A stretch of 64,000 nt of DNA from Marsupella aquatica (lineage: Eukaryota; Plantae; Marchantiophyta): contig OZ316898.1 in NCBI GenBank assembly GCA_973895155.1, positions 16,852,652 through 16,916,651 on the forward strand, read 5' to 3'. Both the position numbers and the translations under genes were made by a program. Every line of letters begins with the position of its first letter. Position 1 is the stretch's first letter. Below, piece by piece: positions 41,341 through 53,148 of this stretch. Under the pieces are notes generated by a model. That model had not been told where the DNA came from, ran no database searches, and worked only from the letters and a program-made list of their open reading frames with translations.

Positions 41341-42389
41341 GTCCAGTTTTCGTTGGAAGGAAGGAAGCAAGAGCAGGAGTGAAGGATCCATCGTCGAGTT
41401 GGGTTGGGTCTGCTCTTGCTTCGCTGCGCTCCTCACACGGCACACTGCACTGGCAACTGCACTGGGGGGCGATTTTGTGCTTTTCTCTCGGTCTGTGTAG
41501 ACGTCTGTCGCGGCTGGGCTGCATTTTTGCTTGCATGATTTTCTCGTAACACGGACTGACGAACGAACTGACTCGCTCGCTGCGCTGTGGGGGATAATCG
41601 ATTCGCAACAAGCGAGAGATCTTGGGAGTGAGTGAGTGAGTGAGTGGCGTTCGTGCCCACATCTCGGTTGTTGGAGTGGGAGAGGTTTCTGTTGGGAGCA
41701 GCGGCAGCAGGAAAGCAAAGTCGACAGGAAGAAAAACTTGCGGGGAGGCAGGCAGAAAGGCCGTGGTGGTGGTGTGGTAGCTGTGCGAGTCAATCTGATT
41801 CAGCTGGTTCTTCGTCACCTGCGTTGCGTACTTCTAGTGCAAGTGATCGAGGTGAACTGCAGAGTTCGGAGTTGCCGCAGCACAGGGTGGCTTTAGCACA
41901 CATGCGTGTGCTCATCCAGGAGTAACTCGTCATTATTCATCCGCCGCGCATGGTCTCCGATTAATTGGACTGGGCACCATCCGGGAGGGTGGAGGGACCA
42001 GCGCGGAGTACATGTCCAAAAATTTCTGAGGGTTTGTGCCACGCTGGGCATCTTCAGAGCTTAGCGTCCAATGCAGGTTGTCTGGAGTAGTCGTTTGTGC
42101 TGAGGGGAATGAGCAGCATGGGCTACTGTTAATTTGTCGGATGTTGTTGTTGGGTACATCGTATAATGACCTGGGATTGCGAGGCACGATTTAGCTCAAG
42201 GTTGGGTTTGGAAAGAGGATCCAGCATCGCCTAGGTGGCTTCAGCCTGCTTTCCATTGGAGTGACAATGACCATGACATTTCTCTAGTAGCGTGCGTCAG
42301 CTGATCACATTCCTATCTACTAGGTTGTGCCTAGTGTTACCGGCTGTCTCTCGTCAATTGCACCAGCAGTGTCATAGCAGGGTATCGTC

Positions 42390-45300
42390 ATGGCTCGTCT
42401 TGGGAGTGGGTTTATGGCCCAGAGCATGGATCAGACTGCAAATGAGGACACTATTGAGGGCCTTGCGAGTCTGTGGTTGAGGTGGCGAGCCCCGGTCATC
42501 GCACCCATGGTGCAATTTGCCATCAACATATGCCTAGTTATGGTGGCAATGATGTTCCTTGAGAGGGTGTATATGTGTGTAGTACTGTTCTACGTCAAAG
42601 TCCTTAGACGAACGCCGGGCAACACATATAAGTTCATACCCATGAGGGATGACGGGTCTGAGCTCGGGACTTCGCATTACCCAATGGTTCTGGTGCAGGT
42701 GCCTATGTACAACGAAAGAGAGGTAAGCCCACCTCCTCGTTCGACACCTGTGTCGGCATTGCTTGTGATATTCCGAGCAGTTACTCCTGTCTGAAGGAAA
42801 ACAGACTGAAGATGTCAGTGTGCCGTCTACCCTATTTGCCACCAACGTTTCCTGCAATGGCTGTGGACTCGTTTTGAGCTGACTATTTGCTACGTTCAGG
42901 TGTATCAACTTTCTATCGGAGCTGCATGTGGTCTCTCCTGGCCCACAGACCGTATCATCATACAAATTTTGGACGATTCTACCGATCCCGAAATCAAGGT
43001 GAAATTTCGTTGCCACCAATCCCGTTAATGTCGATCCTCTGTGGAACTGCTTGTATGCTCTTGTGCCGCTTCGTGCCCCAGTTATCGTCGAGTTGTTCGT
43101 AGTCCCACCATCGTTCTGGAGTCGTTTATTGCTAGTAAGCTGGAAAGCTCATTTGATTCGCTGTTGTATACGTTCGTCACTTTTACGTCACGTTTCAGCC
43201 ATTCACAGTATGCAATATGTGGTGTGGACATCGAACTTTGCAGCGGTTCCTGTTTTCTCAGTTCGCGACTTTCTACATTGTTCCGAAATGTCGTCTCTGT
43301 GAAGCCGGGCAGGGCTTGTTGGACTAATGTTGGTCGTGATTTTCCTCAGGCTCTGGTGCACTCCGAATGCCAACGGTGGGCCGGGAAGGGCATCAACATC
43401 AAGTACGAAGTCAGGCCGAACAGGGTTGGATATAAGGCGGGCGCGCTCCGAGAAGGAATGAAGCGCAGTTATGTTCGTCTGTGTGACTATGTTGCGATAT
43501 TCGACGCGGACTTCCAACCTGAATCAGATTTCTTGCATAGAACCATCCCGTATCTCGTTCACAATGCGGATGTCGGTCTTGTGCAAGCCCGTTGGAAATT
43601 TGGTACGTATCACCTTTCTCTCTGACCACACCAGCCTTCTCGCTGCATTGCGCTTGCTAAGTCTCGTCGATGTGTGGTTAAACTTCGTTTGCCTCCCAGA
43701 TAGCTGATCTCTTAAAGACGGCCACCCATGCTTTCCTTTTTCATACTGAGTGGAGTATGCGCGAAAGGAGTCAATAATGTGTGGGTGCGTGGGCCCGGCT
43801 TCATGAGTTAATGAGCCCTTATTGTGATTGTTCTGCCTTTTTCCGGAGAGGGTTGATTGCTGCGATAGATGCACACAACGGGAAGGATCCTAGCAGCCAA
43901 CGATGTGCATCCAGTTGTCTTCTTCCCTAGTTGTTCCGGGAATCCACATGCACAGGAATATCGAAGTCTTGAACCTTTTTGTTCTCTCCCACTAACAAGC
44001 TGTAGTGGGATGCGTTTTCCTAGTGTTAGGTGTCGTTAAAGTCTAAGTTGGTAGTATTCACATATCATTCTCAGTCAGGGTTTGTTTCCGGGCTTGGAAG
44101 AGTTGCAGCAGAGAATCGTATACATTTGTGCCATCTCACTGCCGCGGAAACAGTATAGCATATCCTTGTGCCTCGACCGCATGGACGAACTGTTTTCTCT
44201 TGAGGTTACCACCTGCGCTGAACCTCGTAGATTTTGTTGGACATACGCCCCGTGCGGTTAATCTTCGGTGGGAGCACATCCGAGTTGGTCCCGCGTTGGG
44301 TGGCTCCGGGCTTAAACTGCCTTCGCAGTTTCGCGGTATGAAGTCAGTCCACACCAAAAATTGTCAGTTTCAGGCAACGAAATGTTGTTCTGACGGAGTT
44401 CTGTAGAGTCTTATGTATGTGTCATCACTCACACAGATGTGACGTTTCAGCAGTGTTATTTGTTTCGTTGTTGATAGCCTCCGGAGTCTGTCCGGTCCAC
44501 ACAACTTACATGGTGGATCGTGTGAGGAAGTGTTTATTGCATGTCCTGCTCTTAATACTCGTCAGCGGGTCCCATCAGGCTCCTCAAAAGAAACCCCATG
44601 TCATGTCCTTGACCCGGCAGATGGCTTGTAGCCATAGTTTTGCCGGTAACCATCAGCTCAGCAAGAGAAGCAAACATGAAGTAAAGTAGTGTGGTCGTAC
44701 TGCAGTCAGAGCCGGACTCAGATGTGCACTGGCCGTGGCTATGTGTACGTTCACGAACAGCTCTGAGGAGAGTTCCCATGTACGTAACGTCATAGCTCAC
44801 AGGCAGCGTTGAGATCCGCGGATCTACACCGATGGGTTGAAAATCTAGGCTATGAGTAGGTGATTGATTGACTAGTATCTGCAGACTCCAGTTGTGTTGT
44901 TCCCTTCCCAGACTGCGAGGCATCCACGTGGTGCGGGTAAGCCGCAGGAACGTTAATTGTACTCTACATCTGCCACCCCTGCGAAGGAGTGCTCTATCTC
45001 GCCGAGTTCCGCAGTCATTGGTCAGATCTCTTGCACGAACCTTTGGGGACTGTAAAGGGATTTGTATGGTGCGGAACAAGTGTAGAGGTACTGCACTCAC
45101 AGGTTTTACATGACTGACAGCATGTCGGCCCGCCGCCCAAGTAGGTCCGGAAATAGTATCTGCAGCTGGAAGCTATCCTTAATAGCTGCTCGCAGTTGAA
45201 ACTCCATTACTTCCTGCATGATTACGGGTGGAAATGATGTGGGGTGGGTGTTGGGTCGGAAGATGGGCCCACTTGATGTTTGTCCTGCGTTGTCGGTCAG

Positions 45301-47449
45301 CTATTGCGTCTCATCCGTGATATCATTATTATAATCGGCTGTGCACCCTTTTTTCTGGGGATAGCCGGGAACGATGCCTTTCTAGTCGGTATTGCCGGGG
45401 GCTTTTCGCTACCGGGAATAACAGGTCTTGCATCAGTGCCCACAATGGACTGACGCATCGTGCATGCGATTGAGGCGCTGCTTCAATTATTGATTCTGAA
45501 GTAATCTCAGTTAGCTGAGTCAGGGATTGAGCTTGCAGTCATAGTCACGGTGACTACTCCGTCGGGTGGGTCCGCTCGTGGATATATAGTTGTGTATGAC
45601 TATTCCCTACGGTGGGGTCCCCTCTTGGTTGTATAGTTTTTTTGATAATTGCTATTCCCTACGGTGGGGTCCCCTCTTGGTTGTATAGTTTTGCTGATTG
45701 TTGCTATTCCCTATGGTGGGGTCCCCTCTTGGTTGTATAGTTTTGTTGATTTAGTCTGTGTCCTTGTGGATTTCTCGGAGATGGTGATGGGTTCATTATC
45801 ACTTCACGAAGAGAAGTCGCCAGTTAGGTGCTTTCGCCTTTGTTAAGTATTAGGAGTTACTCAGTCTGAATTCACATGTTTCTCTAAATGTGGCGGAAGT
45901 GATGAGGTCTGATAATTTTCTTGGTCTCGTGCAGTTAATGGCGACGAATGTCTCATGACGAAGATGCAAGAAATGTCGTTGAACTTCCACTTTGAAGTGG
46001 AGCAAACTGTGGGATCTGCCGCGTACGCGTTCTTTGGGTTCAATGGTACAGCTGGAGTGTGGCGCATCCACGCCTTGAACGAAGCTGGAGGATGGAAAGA
46101 CCGGACTACAGTGGAGGACATGGATTTGGCCGTGAGGGCCGGAATCAAAGGATGGAAATTTGTGTATCTCAATGATCTTCGGGTAAGTCAGCTTCATATC
46201 TTCCCGCTCGGATTCTCGCGCACGTCCTTCCATGTGTTTAGCTTGTGCTTCCATGTGGGAGGAAACTGAAATTGATATTCTATCTCCACAGGTGAAGAAT
46301 GAGCTGCCAAGTACGTTCAAGGCGTTCCGTTATCAGCAGCATCGCTGGTCATGCGGGCCTGCGAACTTGTTCCGGAAGATTGTACCTCAAATTTTGGCCA
46401 ACAAGGTACTGTCGATGTCCATGCCTTGCTGCATTGGCAGTACTACAGTTCAAGTGGCGTAACTTTCGGCTTGGATTTTTGGGAATTTCTAATTTCTCAA
46501 CCAGTTGTCAGATTTTAATCGAAGGATTTGGCTGTCAATTTGCAGAAGCTGAAACCGATGAAAAAATTCCATATGGTCTACTCTTTTTTCTTCGTCCGCA
46601 AAATTGTTGCGCACATTGTTACCTTCGTCTTCTACTGCCTCGTCATCCCAACAGCTGTGCTCGTTCCTGAATGCAATTTGCCGCTATGGGGAGCAATTTA
46701 CGTGCCCACCTTCATCACCTTCATGAATGCCGCAGCTACCCCTCGGTAAGATCCTCGGGATGTTTGGGTAGTGACTTCTATTAGTAGTGGCGTTGCACGT
46801 AGTTTCATCAATCATCTTAATTTCGAGTCATGTGATTGGGAATTGGCTTCTAACTGTGAAAATGTGCTATCATTCAGGTCTCTGCACTTGCTCGTGTTCT
46901 GGATTCTGTTCGAGAATGTTATGTCCATGCACAGAACGAAGGCAACCGTTATTGGTCTCCTTGACGTTGGTAACGTGAACGAGTGGATCGTGACTGAGAA
47001 GCTTGGAAGTCTCGTCAAGTACAAGGCTGTGCCAAAGTCGGGCAAGAAATGGCTGTTCATGTCTCTCATTCCCAGAGGTTTCAAAGTTGGAGAGAGGTAG
47101 GGAATTTTCATCCATCTTGAATTGCACTGGCATTGCGAAATTCTGTATAGGATCATCCGTCAGACCTCGAATTACGCTGAATTGCTTTGGAGGATTGTAT
47201 GAAACATCTTTCCTCGAATTTCACTAATTGCTTAGACATGGAGAGCTCGGAAAGCTGAATCTAATCCTCCTTGTTTGAATTTGCAGGATTCATGTGTTGG
47301 AAATCGTCATGGCCACGTATCTCCTCTTCTGCTCATCGATAGACTACTTCTTCGCCGGCAAGAACCACTTCTACGTATATTTGTTTCTCCAAGCTATGGC
47401 CTTCTACACCATGGGTTTTGGTTATATCGGTACTATTGTACCGTCTTAG
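42390..47449 (+). CDS. CSLA: Cellulose synthase-like A (glucomannan 4-beta-mannosyltransferase, GT2), 8 coding exons, 542 aa
   Basis: Exons, all GT-AG and in phase: 42390-42722, 42900-42998, 43350-43602, 45935-46182, 46292-46405, 46546-46745, 46878-47096, 47287-47449 (1629 nt ending TAG). Motifs: [57 protein letters not shown] (the D,D,D,QxxRW signature), [11 protein letters not shown]-terminal GFGYIGT. Confidence 0.97.
45600..45750. repeat. 52-bp tandem repeat x3 in CSLA intron 3
   Basis: CTATTCCCTAYGGTGGGGTCCCCTCTTGGTTGTATAGTTTT at 45600, 45652 and 45704. Confidence 0.95.
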
Positions 47450-50411
47450 AATTTACTTTTCCCCCTTGGAGCTTTCCTCCAGCTACCGCACATAAGTCCA
47501 GTAGCTGGCTAGCTAGCTAGGTTGGTAACTCTGCCCGCACTTAAACTGTACATTGTCTGGGCATATTGCTTCCCGCCTACATGTGATCTCAGCCTCTTCA
47601 TGTAATTCTTCTCCGTCCCATTGTGCAAGTGGATTTTTTTATAAAAAATTATTTCTTCTCCCAGTCAAGTTCAAGAAAACTGAAGAGAGCTACGTCTACG
47701 AACTAGACAACCCACGGAGAGGTCATTTGATGTTCCCACTTCGTTCCGTCTCATCCACTCATCCTCAAGGTCAGTGGCAGCCAGGGGTGCCCTCTTTGGT
47801 ACCCATCAGCACCCGAGCTGAGCAGGTCGCAACATCCATCCGGCAGTCACTGGCAGTCATCGACCGTGGAGGGTTTTGCGGTTTGGTTCCACGTTTTCCC
47901 AAGTCGACGACGACGCCGAGTTGGGTATGGATTCGTTGTCAGCGGCACAAGGAGCTCCGAACAGGCAGACTTGAGGATTCGTTGTTGAGACGGTTGTCGA
48001 TCATCGTCTCGAGATCACAGGTAGAATCATAGGCAATTAACATTCGAGAAGTTGTAGAGCTGACGGATTGTCGTGGACACACAATCCACGATGGAGAATA
48101 GTGGCACATGCGGCGGGCAACTGAACAACCTGGTCTGATACGCGATGGGTGAAATCTGTGGATCAAAACAACACCTAGGATATAGATTACTCAACAACTT
48201 AGAGAAGTAGATGAAGAGTTGGTTGCCTTTTGTTGGTGAAAAACTCGAGAGTACTATTTAATCGCGCAGGAAGGTTCATTTAGCACTGGTGGAACTCGGC
48301 TTGTTGTCCAGTGGCTGGGCGTGTGTCGTGAAAAGTAACACTACAACAGCTATGTGGACTTCGAATTGCATTATAAATATGAGGAATGAAGCTGCATTCT
48401 CTCAAGAATAAGCGGGAACAGCAATTCGTTTACTTTCGCCCAAAAGTTTGGTATATATCTGCTTCGTCTGTCCCTCACTCTTGTGCAGTTTGATAAGTTC
48501 TTTGACTGGTGCCTGGCATAATCTTCTGATCTCTTGTTTATGTCGTAGCTTGGGAATCACACTGGAACTGGGATAATAATAGATATACTCGACACTTCAA
48601 ATGTTTCGTTATTGTATTTTTCGTACGATCTTAGGATGTATTTTTTAAACCCCAAGTCGCAGCTTTTAGGGTATCTAAAGACTACTTCCAGTGTAGGTCC
48701 TGAATTCTAGCAAGTGTCCAGTTAGAGAAATCTGGAGGCTAGGAGCAGAAAACTTTGGTTCCAAGCTATGAACCGTAGGACCCTAAGAACAGAACGGAAT
48801 CTTAAAAGTAAACTTTGCAGTGAAGCTATGAAACTACGCATCCGATAGAAAATAAAGGAATCTCATGGGTGCACTAGGGAAAAATGAGAGTAGACAGTGA
48901 GGGGGACCTGACATCAGCACCCAACTGAATCGTTGATTGAGTAGACCTTTCGTACTGTAGATCGTTGAAGTCACGTAGTGGACTAATTACGCAGCAATCA
49001 TCACCTTTGAAAATAAAACATCAGACGGTATGTGGACGTTTTGCCGAAAGAAGTCCCGACAATTCAACAACTGTGAGAGGTGCGTTTGTGGCCGATGAGG
49101 GATTTTCTGGTCTTCAGAGACTACCACCTCAGCATAAACGCAACATTCGCAAAAAGACGAAAGCGGAATCAAAATCATGAGTTATGAGTTTTTAGGGAAA
49201 GAAACTAACGTCAGTCATGAGTGGTGGGGAGGGGAGTAGCACCCTCGCGAAGTATACAGGACAACAAAACGCCACGAAAGTCATTTGGAGATGCGGAGTG
49301 AAGGGTTATCTATTAGAAGGCATAGATCGCTCCTTAGTACGAGAAATCCGCTGCTCATCTTGGTCAATTGCAAGAAAATGACAGGTTAAGGAACTGATAC
49401 TGTTCCCTACCGCGAAAGAGAAGTATAAACGAGAGCACGGGGAAAAGCTAAATATCCAACAAAGCTCAAAATGACAAGTGCGAGCAATGTGGATTATGCA
49501 GAGGAAAACAAGAGAAGCGAAGCTTGAAAGCAAGGGGGTAACTCAGAGCTGGGACTCCGAATAGTCTGCTTGTAAATGGAGATAAAACTAGAAAACGTTT
49601 CAAACCACAATTCAGAAACCCTGAACAGAGACCAAACCTGGGTTATTGCAGAGAGCATCGTAATTGTGATGCTTTCATTGTTTTAAAACTATTTTGTGAA
49701 GGGTGTTTAAAACCAAAATGAGACGTGATATTGGAATGTGCATGTCACAGACCATTCTTAGAGATTGCATATTTAGACAATCACTACTTTTACTATAATT
49801 AGCTAGCCAACAATTAGAGGGATCGAATGGGGGCAACATTACAGGGGTGATCAACGACTTTAGAAAATGCAGACATGCCTCTACGCTGTTTAGGTTTGCC
49901 CACTGAATTTAGAGCACTTTGCTTAAGATCCCTCATACATCATTGCACTCAGTTATTATTTTAGAACTTTATAATTCTTCACGTCAATTTGCTTTTATTG
50001 ACAGATTCCTACCAACATCCACATCAAATTCCATGAAGATGCAAAAAATATATTCATCAGAAATGGGACATCGCATAATGATTTTGATGGAGATGCTAGA
50101 AAACATATGCATCAGAAAATGTTGAATTCTATGTTACAAGTTACACTAGGTTTATTTCAGACCTGAATCTATACTCCCTGTGCCAGGAAATACTCTGGTA
50201 ACACAACCTAGATTGTTCATGGAATTGCAAACCGGAACCTTGTCCCGTTGGCCCCCAAGCTGGTTTCCACAAGGTGTGACGTTCAAGCAGCTAGTTAACA
50301 ATACTTCGTCATGTGGACGACCAACTGAGGAAGTCACATCTCTAACATCTGGACGAAGTGGTATATAACATAGAAAATACCCCTGCATACTTTCTGTACA
50401 ATCATCTCAGG

Positions 50412-53148
50412 TTACCTGTATGCCCTGCTTGTCAAACCAATCCGAAAATAAGTGTAAGAAATTGTTATGCGGTTGCAATAAACCGTTCAGGCAAAGACTA
50501 AAATAACCCTCAAACGTGTAAATCAGGTGCTTCGCATCTGAATTCCTCTGATGATAATTGTTGCCAAAATAGACTTGTAATCACAGTCGCTAATTGAATG
50601 CAAAATAATGCATTGATACCTCCCATCTGGTCGTTTTTGTCCTTGAATTGTAATGCAGATGCTTCTGGGACCTCCATAGTTTCGATGCTCATTGAGCCAT
50701 ATACCCTTTTCAATTGAGAAAAACAACAGGATGAGAAAGAAAACGCAAATACTGCTCGTCTTTCTTGTACGATGAATATTTGCCCCATAGCAGTCGTCGC
50801 TGAAAGTAGCTACGAGCTTCCTAGCTGAAAACGAGAACAGGAACCGGATGTGATCAAGTCTACCTGTACTAGTAAACTCAGCAGCACATAAAGACTTCTT
50901 GATTGACTTCTGTGAGAATACTCACTAAACATCTCGGGTGAAAACACACGGGAGCCAACTTCAAGATCTAGCACTTTCTACATCTCACAATTTTAATGGG
51001 TACACTACCGTGGACCATATGATACTGGTGTCTACACATCTTAAAACAACGACAAAACCCCATTGAACCTCAAACAAACCATGACTATACCTGCCAAATA
51101 CCAAGATGAAGCCGGCCTGATTTGATAGGGATTGTCAGGGAGGAGCCCATCATGGATGCTTTGACATGAGCTGGTAATAAACCCGTATACAGTCACATCC
51201 CCAGATAAGGAAATTAGATCTTATTCAACCAGAGAAGTAGAATTCATCCAGGTGAGACTAGTTGACAGCCTTGATCGTACAGAATACTAGTCATGGCCTT
51301 GAAAAACTGATGCAATCTGCACAACAAAAAGAATTAATGACACACCTGGCATATCGTCGAAGCCCTCATCCAAATGTCTGTAATGGTTTCCCTGCAAGAA
51401 GTGCAAAAACTAATTAAAATAAATAAACTCCAGTATCACCATCCATACTTCCAATCGACGCTACTGGCAAGAACATACCTCTGGCACAATTCGGTTAAGA
51501 GAGTCTTCCATATCTAGAGGCACATCAGGACTTGCATTCTCATTGATGGTCAGGCTGGCAGATGTGTGCATCACTGCATGCACAGCAAACAGGTCACTTA
51601 AGTTGTGCAATACGACTCTTATCAAACTTTGACAGAGAGAATGAGAATATTGGCCTGTTACCAAGCCAGAATGACACACCAAAACAAGAGGACTTAAAAC
51701 TCTTCAAGGGTTAAGGGAAGATACAAGCCAAATCTGAAAACAAGCACTCACCAAATATGTGGGCAATGCCAACGTGAAATTGACCGATTTCAGGAACAGA
51801 ACGATTAATATGTTGAGTTATAATATGACATCCCCTGCGCCAACATTGTCGGTGAAAAAGTATGGTGGGAAGATTGTGAGTGGGAGTCCTGATGTTTTAA
51901 ACATTCTAACCTTGATGACCCAGGACATAGGACTTTCATTGCTTTTCTACGCCAGGGAAGACTCTGTAAAATTGGCCGCTAATGGGAAGCAAATGGTCCG
52001 CGAAGTTCGAATTGACTCAGAAGGGTAACGATGATAGTGAGAGGGTCTATCTTAAGTCCGGAAGCCGACCTAATCGTAGTGCTTCAGAAAGCTAGGAGAG
52101 CCTATATGGGGAGCCAAACAATTGATCAATGGAGTTCGTAGCATAATCAGGAGTTCCCAGCTTACGTTAACAAAGCTCCTCAACAAGAAGAAAAGTAAAT
52201 CATTTTCGTTCCGTAGAGTTTTGCTCACCTCTTAAAACTCGGGAGATCAACTGTTCTCTGCAGCCATTCAGTCTCTGTGGTCGTGGAAACTGTCACAAGA
52301 AACTGACGAAATCAAAATTCAAGCATGTCGAAAGGGAGCTACAGAATGATTCCCAGCACCAGAATGCCTTTTTATAATCCTTCATGTCTAGTGTTGAGAA
52401 TCTTTATGAATCTCATGTACTTCCTGCACATTTCTTTGCTTTAACACACTCCAAATTGCAATCCGAAGGCGTTTCTGTCATCAATTCCTCTCCCACTAAA
52501 AACGACAAGGACTTCGGCGAAAGAAAGAGGACAGATTTTCCTACCAGTACCACTGCCTGCCTCACAACGTACGCGCACGGAGAATTTGGGTTGGCCTCGC
52601 CCCACTCGAACCTAAAAAAAGCAAATCAAAGAAAAACTTTTAGAGAGAAAAGGATCCACAAGAACCCGACAAGTCCCTCTGTGACTCTGCGATTGACTAT
52701 TCAAGAGGTTTCAATGTTCTCCTCATCTCAATTGCCCGACAACATTCTTCTCAATTAAGCTTCCCAATGTGAATTAGAGCATTTTTGTCAATGTAAAGTA
52801 GAGAATTCTTGTCGATGACAAAGTTATGCCTCAAATCTAACTCGCTAGAGATATCCATTTGTTCTGTTTCTACGCTAGATTCCTTGCTTGAAACCTTCAT
52901 CTTCGCTTGGTCGCCTCTGTACGCACAGACATCTCGACCCAATTCTCAAAGAACCACTCCACCGAGACACACAGAAAGTTTGAGATTCTCACCGACGTGG
53001 GAGGCCCATTCGCCGAGAAAAAGGCGGTGGAAGACGCTGAATTGCTGAGGCCATTGCAAGTGCAGGTGTTTCGGTGCTCAGCAGAGAATTTGGGCGCAAC
53101 GAAAGGCGCCGATGTGTAGCTCCGTGAGCACAATCCCGCCATGTCCAT
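50412..53148 (-). CDS. YjbQ/UPF0047 family protein (secondary thiamine-phosphate synthase-like) with putative plastid transit peptide, about 228 aa
   Basis: Minus-strand exons in phase: 53148-52993, 52611-52545, 52289-52229, 51834-51752, 51573-51479, 51391-51346, 51170-51091, 50705-50620, 50424-50412 (last exon tentative; a second ATG lies at 53142). Translation contains [51 protein letters not shown] and [13 protein letters not shown], which are hallmark YjbQ motifs. The N-terminus is Ser/Thr/Ala-rich and ends in VRVRCEA, typical of a transit peptide. Confidence 0.92.

Noticed and set aside
40656-41925. Overlapping 150-216 aa ORFs on both strands
   Set aside because: Low-complexity translations expected from a GC-rich promoter and leader; no recognisable domain.
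44128-45113. ORFs of up to 182 aa inside CSLA intron 3 as a nested gene
   Set aside because: No motifs, and lengths are compatible with chance in DNA of about 50% GC.
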